A stretch of 64,000 nucleotides of DNA from an uncultured archaeon (GCA_964508365.1 CAZDTP010000004.1:49681-113680), one strand, 5' to 3'. Shown: positions 38,612 through 48,849, counted from the first letter of the stretch. The notes: generated by a model not told the origin, from the letters alone. Made by a program: numbers and translations.

Positions 38612-39991
38612 CTATACCATATTTCTAGGGTCTAAGAGTTCGTCTAAATTGTCAATGTTTAAACCCATCTCTTTAATTACTACTTTACATGTTTTACCTT
38701 CTTTATAAGCCCGTTGGGCAATTTCAGAACATTTATCGTAGCCTATGATCGGTGTTAGGTTAGTAACAAGCATTAACATTTGCTCTAAATCCGATTCGAT
38801 TTGCTTCGTGTTTGCTCTTATGTCTACTAAACAGTTATTGATAAAAGAATTAATTCCACCAATTAAAATGTCAATTGATTCAAGAACATTTACGATCATT
38901 AATGGTTTACTCATATTTAAATCCAAAATGCTTCCATACATTTCTCCACTCGTAACGATATAATCATTTCCAATCACTTGAAGACATACCTGAATTAAAG
39001 CTTCAGATTGGGTTGGATTAATTTTCCCAGGCATTATAGACGATCCCGGTTCATTTTGCGGGAGAATTAATTCTGAAAGACCTGCTCTTGGACCACTACC
39101 CATCCATCGTATATCGTTTGCCATTTTTAAAAGCGATAATGCTAATAATCTTAAATTACTGCTAGCGAAAGCTATAGTATTATGGGAGGATATTCCTTCT
39201 GCTTTTACTGGATTGAGTTTAAAGGATAGTGAAGTTATTTTTGAGAGATGGGATACAGTGAGTTTGTCAAAATCTTTATGAGCGTTTAATCCGGTTCCTA
39301 ATGCAGTACCACCTATTGGAATGTAGGATAACTCATCCAATACCTTATTTAATCGCTCCATATTAATTTCAATTTGTTTTTTGTAGACTTTAAACTCTAA
39401 CGATAATGGTATTGGGATAGCATCTTGTAAATGAGTTCTTCCTACTTTAACAATATCTTTGAATTCTTTAATTTTGGCAACGAGAACTTCTTTTAAATTG
39501 TTTAATACTGGCATTAATTTTTGGATCATATGCACAGTTGATATATGCATCGTACTTGGGATGATATCGTTAGAAGATTGGCTTTTATTCACATGGTCAT
39601 TAGGATGGACTGGATGTTTTTTGCCCATAGGAAATCCTAAGATTTGAGAGGCTCTATTAGCTAGTACCTCGTTCATATTCATATTTGTTTGAGTCCCACT
39701 TCCAGTTTGATAGATATCAATTGGAAATTGATCTAAGTGTTTCTTTTCGTTTAATATTTCGTTAACGGTTTGTAAGATTGCAGCTCCAATTTCTTTATCG
39801 ATTAACCCCAACTCCATATTTCCTAATAGACACGCTTTTTTAAGCTGTGCTAGCGCTATAATAAATATATTAGGGAATTTCTTACCACTAATTTGGAAAT
39901 TCTGGATAGCTCTTTGAGTATTAATTCCCCAATATACATCGATTGGGACTTCTATTTCGCCCAAAACATCTTTTTCTATGCGATATTTCAA
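38612..39991 (-). CDS. fumC: Fumarate hydratase class II
   Basis: QTGSGTQTNMN, HPNDHVN, GRTHLQDA, signature GSSIMPGKINP. Confidence 0.95.
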   Translation of the reverse strand: MKYRIEKDVLGEIEVPIDVYWGINTQRAIQNFQISGKKFPNIFIIALAQLKKACLLGNMELGLIDKEIGAAILQTVNEILNEKKHLDQFPIDIYQTGSGTQTNMNMNEVLANRASQILGFPMGKKHPVHPNDHVNKSQSSNDIIPSTMHISTVHMIQKLMPVLNNLKEVLVAKIKEFKDIVKVGRTHLQDAIPIPLSLEFKVYKKQIEINMERLNKVLDELSYIPIGGTALGTGLNAHKDFDKLTVSHLSKITSLSFKLNPVKAEGISSHNTIAFASSNLRLLALSLLKMANDIRWMGSGPRAGLSELILPQNEPGSSIMPGKINPTQSEALIQVCLQVIGNDYIVTSGEMYGSILDLNMSKPLMIVNVLESIDILIGGINSFINNCLVDIRANTKQIESDLEQMLMLVTNLTPIIGYDKCSEIAQRAYKEGKTCKVVIKEMGLNIDNLDELLDPRNMV

Positions 39992-40118
39992 AATTTAAAC
40001 CAACCAAAAATTGTTTGATTATAAGGTTATTAGAAATAGGTTCATAAAAAAAGTTTATACTAATATTCAATAAAATAATCTCAAGGTTTAAAAATTAATA
40101 TACTAAGAAATAAATTGA

Positions 40119-40994
40119 TTAAGAAATCAAGGCATCGATTATTTCTTCATAATAATTAAAAATCGTAGAATAGTGTCCTTCATTGGGATAAAACTTCCCT
40201 TCGCAATTTGGAATTACTTTGCACATCCCACGACCCATAGCAATAGGTACATTTTTATCAGCGTCTCCATGCCAAATATATACCTTTAGTTTGGGAGATA
40301 TATCTTCTAGGTTAAAACCCCAAGATCTTGCATAAATTTTCACTTCATGATATGCTCCTTTACTACCCTGGCGAAACGCTTCAGCACCTTCCTTAATAAA
40401 GGTAGAAAGAATTTGAGGATCACTAAGTACTTTTCTATCAGCTTCAGGTAGTTTTTTCATAGATTTCTTCATGTTTTTTTCTGCTTTTTCTAAATCTTTC
40501 ATCCCACGAGATTGAATCCATATCGAAAACTTAAATAAAAAAGGAAAAATACGAAAAACGCTAAAAAGTCTAAATTTCTTCTCAATTTCAAGATCTTTTG
40601 AAGCTAAACCACTTATTATTCCACAAGATGTTAATCGCTCAGGAATTTTATAAGCACAGGCTATAGCATATGGTCCTCCCCCTGATATCCCTTCAACTGC
40701 AAATTTATCGATCCCTAAAGCATCGGCTAATTCAACAACATCATCTGGCCAACCTAAGAGCGTGCGATCTTTTTTGAAATCTGACAACCCCATTCCGGGT
40801 CTATCGATACTAATAACTCGGATCTTTTTTATTATTGCTCTATCAGCTAAAAGCGTTGCCTCAAGGCGAGATCCTGGAAAACCGTGAAAATGAAAAAGAA
40901 CATGCTTTGCAGCTTGATTTCCTAAATCAGCATAACCAAGCGTCCTTCCATCTTTTAATTTAATTGTTAGACTAGTCTTATCACTAATAATCAT
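40119..40994 (-). CDS. Alpha/beta hydrolase
   Basis: HGFPGSR, DRPGMGLS, GISGGG, WHGDAD, EGH. Confidence 0.9.
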   Translation of the reverse strand: MIISDKTSLTIKLKDGRTLGYADLGNQAAKHVLFHFHGFPGSRLEATLLADRAIIKKIRVISIDRPGMGLSDFKKDRTLLGWPDDVVELADALGIDKFAVEGISGGGPYAIACAYKIPERLTSCGIISGLASKDLEIEKKFRLFSVFRIFPFLFKFSIWIQSRGMKDLEKAEKNMKKSMKKLPEADRKVLSDPQILSTFIKEGAEAFRQGSKGAYHEVKIYARSWGFNLEDISPKLKVYIWHGDADKNVPIAMGRGMCKVIPNCEGKFYPNEGHYSTIFNYYEEIIDALIS

Positions 40995-41269
40995 CGTTTA
41001 CACCATCGTTATTAAATGATACTTTGATCTACATTAAATATAAACATATATTTTTTTGCTTAATTCCAACTATATGACATGCGGTTATACGATAGTGAAT
41101 ATCGAGAAGAAATTTTTAAAATCTATTAACTATATCCGTTTCCCTCTTTATTGCTCTTTTCACTTTTCTCCTTATTTCAGGAGTAAATTCCATAAGCAAG
41201 TTTAAATAATCTCAACAACGAAAAAAATTTGCAAGAAAAGATAAACATTTTCCTATAAAGTGATAGAGG

Positions 41270-41420
41270 TTGAGCGAAACTTCTCTAAAAATTTTCAGTC
41301 TTGGTAGTCCCGGAGTGGGAAAAACTTCCTTTATCATTCGTCTTTTAAGTGGCTATTTTTTAGAAAATCTAACTAGCGTTAAAATCATCTACATCAGTAG
41401 TAATATATCAACCACTTTTA
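41270..41420 (+). pseudogene. 5' stub of a Ras-like small GTPase
   Basis: SLKIFSLGSPGVGKTSFIIRLLSGYF (beta1 plus G1 box); no G3/G4 motifs follow. Confidence 0.55.
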
Positions 41421-42026
41421 TTATTCAGGATCAGGAGCAAAAACTGCCGTATGAACCAATTTTCCTATTGGTTCTTTATTAATTAACTCTTTCATCCGTG
41501 ATTTGACTTGTTTTTTATGTTCTTTACCTAAAATTTCTTTATAGTAGCTAGTCGCTCTTATTATGCTAAGGAAATACATGAATGTTTTATCAGGTACATT
41601 GTTATTTTGTAAAAGAACTTCCCTTAACTTATTAATAATCTCTTCACTCAGGTCATGATTGAAATTTAACACCGTAAACTCATATATTCTTGCTAATCTT
41701 ACTCTTTTAAAAGACAAATTCATTAAGTTTAAAGACTCTAAATGCTCTGTGAAGAGTGGAAATAAATATTCACCTCTTTTTTTAAAAAAAAATTTTTTAA
41801 AATAGAATGAAATTTTTTTATTCGTGTCGAATTCTGAGATTATCGACAAAGCCCCATCAAGATAAGAGTCTCCCGTTGAAGTGGTATCAATTAAATTCAT
41901 TCTAGATCCAATAATTTCTACTTTCATTTTGATTATCAAATCCATTAATACTGCTCCATATATTCCCGCTTCCTCGATATATTTAGAATTTTTTGCTTTA
42001 AATAAGACATGCATATCGGAAACCAA
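41421..42026 (-). CDS. GPP34 (GOLPH3/Vps74-like) family protein
   Basis: GAVLMDL...TGDSYLDGALSII...HLESLNL...IINKLREVL pattern; start codon uncertain. Confidence 0.6.
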   Translation of the reverse strand: MVSDMHVLFKAKNSKYIEEAGIYGAVLMDLIIKMKVEIIGSRMNLIDTTSTGDSYLDGALSIISEFDTNKKISFYFKKFFFKKRGEYLFPLFTEHLESLNLMNLSFKRVRLARIYEFTVLNFNHDLSEEIINKLREVLLQNNNVPDKTFMYFLSIIRATSYYKEILGKEHKKQVKSRMKELINKEPIGKLVHTAVFAPDPE

Positions 42027-42338
42027 TAATGATGATAATATGATTATCCTCCCTCTCTTTTCACTTAAAACTTATAATATGATTATGAACTAAACAGATA
42101 ATTTAGTATATAAACTTATTAAGACTGAAATTAAATAATGCTAATTATGTTTAATAAAAACTGATAACGATATGGCTCTGGCAATGAAATTAATATAGAA
42201 TAAAAGCTCAATTTTTTTTAACGAAGCGCCAATACCGATATGTAGCGAGAAGTTCATAGAAATTTAAGTAATTGCCGTTCATAAGTTTGAAACAAGAGGG
42301 TTTCACTATGATGATAATACTATTTTATGGAGCGCTAA

Positions 42339-42475
42339 GAGAAATATTTTAGTGAAGCAAGTGAAATTTATTCCAAGAAGGGTGATAAAGAGAGTTTTGT
42401 GAGATTATTATGCCTTATAGCGTCAGCTTCATATCTCCTCATGTCTTATAATATTAATCAAGAAGAATTTTATTT
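42339..42475 (+). pseudogene. Remnant of a TPR/SNAP-like repeat gene
   Basis: Open stretch EKYFSEASEIYSKKGDKESFVRLLCL resembles YELFLKSKEIYSKNSDFNGQARCL of the downstream gene. Confidence 0.4.
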
Positions 42476-42707
42476 CCTCTTAATGAATTTCTGCTCATAA
42501 TACCTAATACTCCTAATTAACCAAATTAGGATACTTCTAATCAAAAATGGACTCATATAATAGTAAAAGAATAAATAATCAAACTAGACTGCTTGCTCTC
42601 AATTTTAAATTCTCCTTAATAACGAAAGTGAAAGTCTTAAATAAAGAAATATTCAATTAATAATTGACTTTAAGTCCTCGAAATTATGAAGAGATGATTA
42701 ATAGGAT

Positions 42708-45700
42708 TTGGAATTAGTCGAAGAGGCAAATAGCAATGAAAGAAGGTTCGAGTGGTTAGAAGCTGCAATTACATATTATCGAATCTCTGAAAGTTTGTTA
42801 GAACGTAAACAATATATTAAAGCAGCTGAATATTATAAAAAAGCTGGAAACGCATTCAAAAATCACGCTAATACTGTAAATAATTCGGAGGATTACATTG
42901 AAAGCAAAATGAAAGCAATAGAGGCCTACAATAAAGCCAGTGGTATTTTTAAACAACAATCTGATAGGGCTCAATTGCTTGAGGTTAATGCTGAGATAAA
43001 TTTAATTAAGGGATTAATACAAACTTCAGTTCCTAAAGCTAAGGAATTCTATCAGAATTCTTATGAATTATTTCTAAAATCAAAAGAAATTTATTCAAAA
43101 AATTCAGATTTTAACGGTCAAGCAAGATGTTTGAATGGATTAGGTTGGACTCTTTACTATAAATGTTTTTGCTGTGAAGATGCTGTGGAAATCGAAAATC
43201 TTGGTTTTTTATTACTAGCTTCAACCAAGGAATGTTGGGATATTTCAAAAAAGATAAATGAAGCGTGGTTTATGGCGAATTCAATGCTTCTTGAATATCA
43301 CATGTCTATTTTCCTCCAATTTATTATTCCTTTTACGCAGGAAAAGACTTGGATCAAAATAATAGAGGATCAAAAAAAAAGATTTGATCAGACTGCTATT
43401 CTATTAGACGATTGTGAAGATTCTAGAGTTTTAGCAACATTATTTCTCACACTTGGTGATTGGTACTGTAATTATGCTTTTTACTTCAATAGAAATGATA
43501 AGGAACAAAGATATTTTGGAGATATTGGATTAAATTATTTTCAAAAAGGTTTGAACTTGGCTAGGATAGCTAAAGACAAATCAATTTTAATAGTAGCATT
43601 AGTTAGAATCAATTATCATTCATTATTTTTAGGCAGATTTAAATTCGTACAAACCAGAGTCGAGGAGGATATAAATGAAAGCGAAAAGTTAGGTCAAATT
43701 TTTAATAACATGCATAATTTTTTAAAGCCTTTATCAATAATGTTAAAACCAATATATTATTCTAATATTGCACAAAGAAGTTTCCTAAATCCAAACCAAA
43801 GAAAATTTTATGCTTTAAAAGCAATTAGCTCTGGAGAGACATGTATCAAAGCATTCAATAATGTTTCTTTTCCTGTTATTGTTCCTATCTATCAATTTTT
43901 AGCATGGGCATATTCTCAATTAGTATATATAACAGAAACGGGTTCGGTTCGTGATAAGTACTCAGAACTGATGTTATTTAAAGCAAAAAAAGCTGCTGAG
44001 ATTAGTCGGGAATATAAAGGAGGACTTGCTAAAGCAGGAGGTTTTTCATCATTATATAAAAGTTATAAAACTCTTGCAGATATAAGTGAGACCAAGGATA
44101 TAAAAATAAAAATGCTTGAGTCTACAATTGATGCTCAAAAGCAATATATGGAACAAGAAATTGAATCACGTACCGGAATACTTGGTGCTTATATAAGGTT
44201 AGGGATATTATATGAAGAACTTGGTATTATCAAAAATAAGGAGGATTTACTAAAAAAAGCTCAAGATTTGTTTAAATACTCCGCTACTGAGGCTGTTGAT
44301 AAGGGTTATGACTCGTATGCTGCCACTGCACATGAATATCTAGCCAGGATTGACGATAGGTTAGGACAGTACAAAAATTCAGCTAAAAATTATGAAATAG
44401 CTCAACAGTTATATGAAAAATCGTTGAGTAATATAGAGTATATCCTTTTAAAAAAAAAAGTAAGAAATAAAGCTAATTATTTACACGCTTGGAGTTTAAT
44501 AGAGAATGCTAAATTTTACCATAAACAAGAAGATCACTTGATTTCGAAGGATTCTTATAAAAAAGCTTCTGAGATATTAAAAAGCACCAGGGGTTTTAAA
44601 TTTGAGGCTCCATATTATTTTGCTTGGACCCTATTGGAAGAAGCTGAGGAATTGAGTAAGAGAGATGAACATGATTTTGCAATAAATCAATATCAAACTG
44701 CTATAGACGGTTTTAAAGGAGCATTAAATATCTTAAATAAATCTGTAAATAATGTGAAAGATAAATTTGAGGTTCAGAGAATCAATAAATTAATGAAAGT
44801 AGCTGAGATCCGAATAGAATATTGTTCTGCAAAAATTAATCTTGAACATGCGAGAAATTTAGCCAAGATCGGTAAGAAAGTGGAAGCTGCTGATAGATTT
44901 GGCACCGCAGCATCGATTTTTAGAAATTTATGTTATCGTTTTAAGATAAAATTTGAGAAAGAAGAACTTGAGGCAATTTATTACCTCTGCAGAGCTTGGG
45001 AAGTCATGGAATTAGCTGAAAAACATAAAGATCCAAATAGATTTGGTGAAGCTTCAGTTTTATTTAGGAAAGCGAGTGATCTCTTTCATGAAGGTAAATT
45101 GAAATTATTAGCCTTAGGGAATTCTGACTTCTGTAAAGCATTAAAAATGGGATGTAAATTCGACGAATTAATAGAAACTGAATCAAAAAAACAACTATAT
45201 CCCGTCATTAAAACTAAATTAAGGAAAGCAGCAGAATCATATAATAGAGGAGGATTTAATAAGGGTTCTCAGTGGGCTTTAGCGACTTCAACTTATTTCG
45301 ATGCAACTTGGCATATAATGAAAGCTGATAAGGAAATTGATTTAGTAGAGAAAGAAAGACTATTAAAATTAGGTTCCAAGATACTAGAATCAACAGCAAA
45401 TCTCTTTAAAAATGCAGGATATAGAGAAAAGGAAAGGGAAATATTGGAAAAAATGTCAATGATCAAGCAAGAAGAAAAAATTATCTTATCTGCATTAAAT
45501 TCAATTCGAAAACCAGAAATATCAAATATCACCACTGGGATTATTGCACCCTCTTGTCCCTTAGAAACAAGTCAATCTCCTCGATTAAGTGAAACTCGTC
45601 AGTTCAGTGATGAAGAAAAACGTGTAGCGATAGAGAGAATAGATAGAAAGAAATATCAATTAGTCTATAGAGATCTGTTAAAAGAACATCCTAAAGTTCA

Positions 45701-46526
45701 TAAAAGCGAGTGTAGAGTTGGTATTGCTCAAATAATTGTATCCGAAACCGAAGATATCATGAAAGAATTATTCGAAATGAAATCTTCAGGACTTCTAAGT
45801 GTTAGAGAGAATAAAATTGAAGAAATAAGATCTAAAGTTAAAATTTTGATTGAAAAGGCACATAATGAGGGAGTTAATATATTGCTCTTTCCTGAAATGT
45901 CTATTGACCTTAATTACATTGAATTATATGAAGAATTATCAGATATAGCCAAATTATACGAGATGTACATAGTTCCAGGCTCTTTTCATGATCAAGAAAC
46001 AAAACGAAATATTTGTAAGGTTTTTGGACCAGAGGGTATTCTTTGGGAACAAGAGAAGCATATTCCGGCAGTCATTAGTACCGGAGCTGGAAAGCACTTT
46101 AAAGAAGGAATAAATGTTATCAGTATGCCACGGAAAACAATTATTTGTAATACCGAATATGGTAGAATAGCAATCGCTATTTGTCGAGACTTTCTTGATA
46201 TGGATTTAAGAGTAGAATTAAAAAATTTCGAACCTCCGATAGATATAATTCTTAATCCTGCCTTTACACCAGTAACAGCTGATTTTAAAGCAGCTCATTT
46301 TGATGCACGCAGATCTATTTATGCTTATTCATTTTTCGCTAATATTGGGGAATTTGGAGAATCTCTTATCTATACACCGGAAAAAGACCGTACTGATCGA
46401 ATTATTCCTGCAAAAAAGGAGGATTTAATCTATAAAGATATTTATCTTTTCAAACTTCGTTCTGAACGCCAGAAATGGGAAAAAGAGAAGAATAAAGAAC
46501 GTTTATTCATCCAAAGCACAAGATAA
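42708..46526 (+). CDS. Large SNAP/TPR-like solenoid protein with a C-terminal carbon-nitrogen hydrolase (nitrilase) domain
   Basis: About 930 aa of helical repeats (AAEYYKKAGNAFK, AADRFGTAASIF), then RVGIAQ, FPE, QEKHIP, AICRDF (intact E-K-C triad). Confidence 0.85.
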   Translation: MELVEEANSNERRFEWLEAAITYYRISESLLERKQYIKAAEYYKKAGNAFKNHANTVNNSEDYIESKMKAIEAYNKASGIFKQQSDRAQLLEVNAEINLIKGLIQTSVPKAKEFYQNSYELFLKSKEIYSKNSDFNGQARCLNGLGWTLYYKCFCCEDAVEIENLGFLLLASTKECWDISKKINEAWFMANSMLLEYHMSIFLQFIIPFTQEKTWIKIIEDQKKRFDQTAILLDDCEDSRVLATLFLTLGDWYCNYAFYFNRNDKEQRYFGDIGLNYFQKGLNLARIAKDKSILIVALVRINYHSLFLGRFKFVQTRVEEDINESEKLGQIFNNMHNFLKPLSIMLKPIYYSNIAQRSFLNPNQRKFYALKAISSGETCIKAFNNVSFPVIVPIYQFLAWAYSQLVYITETGSVRDKYSELMLFKAKKAAEISREYKGGLAKAGGFSSLYKSYKTLADISETKDIKIKMLESTIDAQKQYMEQEIESRTGILGAYIRLGILYEELGIIKNKEDLLKKAQDLFKYSATEAVDKGYDSYAATAHEYLARIDDRLGQYKNSAKNYEIAQQLYEKSLSNIEYILLKKKVRNKANYLHAWSLIENAKFYHKQEDHLISKDSYKKASEILKSTRGFKFEAPYYFAWTLLEEAEELSKRDEHDFAINQYQTAIDGFKGALNILNKSVNNVKDKFEVQRINKLMKVAEIRIEYCSAKINLEHARNLAKIGKKVEAADRFGTAASIFRNLCYRFKIKFEKEELEAIYYLCRAWEVMELAEKHKDPNRFGEASVLFRKASDLFHEGKLKLLALGNSDFCKALKMGCKFDELIETESKKQLYPVIKTKLRKAAESYNRGGFNKGSQWALATSTYFDATWHIMKADKEIDLVEKERLLKLGSKILESTANLFKNAGYREKEREILEKMSMIKQEEKIILSALNSIRKPEISNITTGIIAPSCPLETSQSPRLSETRQFSDEEKRVAIERIDRKKYQLVYRDLLKEHPKVHKSECRVGIAQIIVSETEDIMKELFEMKSSGLLSVRENKIEEIRSKVKILIEKAHNEGVNILLFPEMSIDLNYIELYEELSDIAKLYEMYIVPGSFHDQETKRNICKVFGPEGILWEQEKHIPAVISTGAGKHFKEGINVISMPRKTIICNTEYGRIAIAICRDFLDMDLRVELKNFEPPIDIILNPAFTPVTADFKAAHFDARRSIYAYSFFANIGEFGESLIYTPEKDRTDRIIPAKKEDLIYKDIYLFKLRSERQKWEKEKNKERLFIQSTR

Positions 46527-46575
46527 TGCTTTCTATTAAAAATTCTAAATTTTTTATACATCTATCATCAACTAT

Positions 46576-47072
46576 TTAGTATTTCCTTTCTTTTACTTCA
46601 AATATACCTAATACAACCAGTTTAGTTTTCAAGTCTAAGCCATCCTTTCCGCGATATATCATTAAATGGCTACGCAGTAGCTTCTGCAATGTCTAACATA
46701 GATCTGAGTTCCGCCAAAGGGGCGTTGGGCAATCAGACCTGATTCTAATCTTGAAAATGGCGCACCCATACTTTCAAACTCAACCACGATTTTTGGAGCC
46801 TCCTTATATATGAACATGACTACATCCTGATCTGCAAGATAATCCGAACCTTTTACAGTATCAAAGGCATGTCCTTCTGGTGTGTTTTTTTTGCTCTCTT
46901 CTAAATTACCCAATACTGCATTAATTCAGCCTTGAGCCGCTACTGAATAGCTTCTGATGGGATAAATTTTGCTAATGACCGCGGTGTTCCATTTTTTGGA
47001 TAACTCTGAGCCTGCTCTAAGACCACTTAAACCCGCGCCTACTACAACTACATCAAATTCTTCAACTCTCAT
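46576..47072 (-). pseudogene. sdhA: Succinate dehydrogenase/fumarate reductase flavoprotein pseudogene, internally collapsed
   Basis: [17 protein letters not shown]...[11 protein letters not shown]...DTVKGSDYLADQD...QRPFGG is joined to ELRSMLDIAEATA* and the native C-terminus KLVVLGIFEVKERKY*. Confidence 0.9.
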
Positions 47073-47157
47073 TAAAATGTATTATTCTTATATTAATTAA
47101 AAAGATTTTACCAATAATCTATAAAAAAATGAACTCAGAAGGCGAGCTTGTTTTGGA

Positions 47158-47856
47158 TTAATAATCAAAAATTAAGGCTCTTCCTTTTTTACCAACAACT
47201 TCGATTAAACCCATCTTTCTTAAACAATAGCTCATTTTTCGAGCTAAATTTAATGATATTTTAAGTGAATATGCTAATTCCAAATTAGTAAATGGAGTTT
47301 TTAAACTTGTAGGTTTAAGCATGAGAAAATCCATGGGCGTGTAAAAAGTCTTTTTTTCCAAAACTTTAACTAATTTCCGGTTGTAAATACTCCAACCATT
47401 TCTTCTCCAACTTCCATTCCCGTCATTCTTACGGTATTCTTCTATTTGAACGAGGGGCAATTCAATAGTGAAATTTAGGTTTGAAATGAATTCAGGAATT
47501 CTGATCAATTCTTCGAATATGCCTACATAAGAGTTATGTTTTGGAGATAATCGCTTGCTAATAGCTCTATTTGTTTGAGGTTCTACATTAATAATCCATT
47601 TGTCTTTTACGATTGGGTGTATTAAAAGAATTTTATGATTGGCCATTAGCTTTTCCAGTTTTCTCTTAATGATAGAAAAATTTTTGGTCTGTATCTCAAT
47701 TAGAAGATCATCTCGTACTATGTCAATTATGAAGTTATCAACTGGTGCTTCAAGCTGGTCTTCTGATTCCTTGTACCATAATTTTAAGTCAGCATGGAGA
47801 GAACTCTCATGTAAAGTTCCAATGCTTGATGAGAAATTAATGAATGGCTTGGTCAC
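47158..47856 (-). CDS. Uncharacterised PD-(D/E)xK-like nuclease-fold protein with a C-terminal wHTH
   Basis: GTLHESSLH..LK, IIDIV...LIEIQT; C-terminal FTNLELA..ARKMSYCLRKMG. Confidence 0.6.
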   Translation of the reverse strand: MTKPFINFSSSIGTLHESSLHADLKLWYKESEDQLEAPVDNFIIDIVRDDLLIEIQTKNFSIIKRKLEKLMANHKILLIHPIVKDKWIINVEPQTNRAISKRLSPKHNSYVGIFEELIRIPEFISNLNFTIELPLVQIEEYRKNDGNGSWRRNGWSIYNRKLVKVLEKKTFYTPMDFLMLKPTSLKTPFTNLELAYSLKISLNLARKMSYCLRKMGLIEVVGKKGRALIFDY

Positions 47857-47946
47857 ATGTTAATTTTATTAACGATTTGGATTAAAATGAATATAATATA
47901 GTAATATTCATAACAAAAATGTGCCTATTCAATAAATAAAAAACAA

Positions 47947-48849
47947 TTAATTTGTGAGACGATCAACAAGTAACGTTTTAAATTTTTCGAGGTCTTTCCA
48001 GGAGGTTGCACAACGGATCATATTCCCTTTTTCACTAATTAGAGTTGAGCCATGTTCATCGACTTCAATTTTTAATTCTTCAATATTAAGAAATTCTTCA
48101 GAAAAACCGAGATAAACAGCCATAGTGTCAAATAATATTGAAGTTTCATTTTTTCTGACCATTAATAATCGGGGTAAAATTTTTCTTTTCCATATTTCAA
48201 AATTTTCCTTGATTAATTTGACTACTAAATTGTCACACATCGTAAATCGCTTTAAAAGCGCTCCAGAAAGTTTTACTATTCCACATGTATCCAACGGTGT
48301 AATGGTCTTTTCCCATGGTGCTTTAAAAACATCTCTACATGCTTTAATATTTTTTCTTACATTGTACTCCCGAGAAGGTGAATTTGAGCCCATATATCCG
48401 ATTCTAAGACTTCCGTGCATACCTACAAACCTGGAATTCTCTGTAATATTAGGATTCATTTCAAGTGCTCCTGCAATAGTTCCTAAGGGTCCAATGGAAA
48501 TGAGTATTAATGGATCAGAAGAATTCATTATCGTTGAACAAATTACTTCCATACCGTTTTCATGAACCACACCGGGATATCTTGATATCTCATAATCTTT
48601 AATCCAAGGATACAACCACCCTTTTCTACGATTTTCGGGAGGTCCAATCCCGATAGGGATATCAGTTCGGCCCACCTTCTCGAGAAATTTAGCGACAAGT
48701 TTAGCTTTTAGCGTTGTATTGTCAGATGATGTTGTAATTAATTTTATATCAAATTCAGGACACTTTAATAAAAAACCTAACGCCCATGTGTCATCAATAT
48801 CCAACCCAATATCGGTATCAAGAATTACAGGAATTTTATTGCCATTCAT
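47947..48849 (-). CDS. Inosine/uridine-preferring nucleoside hydrolase family
   Basis: DTDIGLDIDD, IGPLG, EYN, PLD. Confidence 0.85.
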   Translation of the reverse strand: MNGNKIPVILDTDIGLDIDDTWALGFLLKCPEFDIKLITTSSDNTTLKAKLVAKFLEKVGRTDIPIGIGPPENRRKGWLYPWIKDYEISRYPGVVHENGMEVICSTIMNSSDPLILISIGPLGTIAGALEMNPNITENSRFVGMHGSLRIGYMGSNSPSREYNVRKNIKACRDVFKAPWEKTITPLDTCGIVKLSGALLKRFTMCDNLVVKLIKENFEIWKRKILPRLLMVRKNETSILFDTMAVYLGFSEEFLNIEELKIEVDEHGSTLISEKGNMIRCATSWKDLEKFKTLLVDRLTN

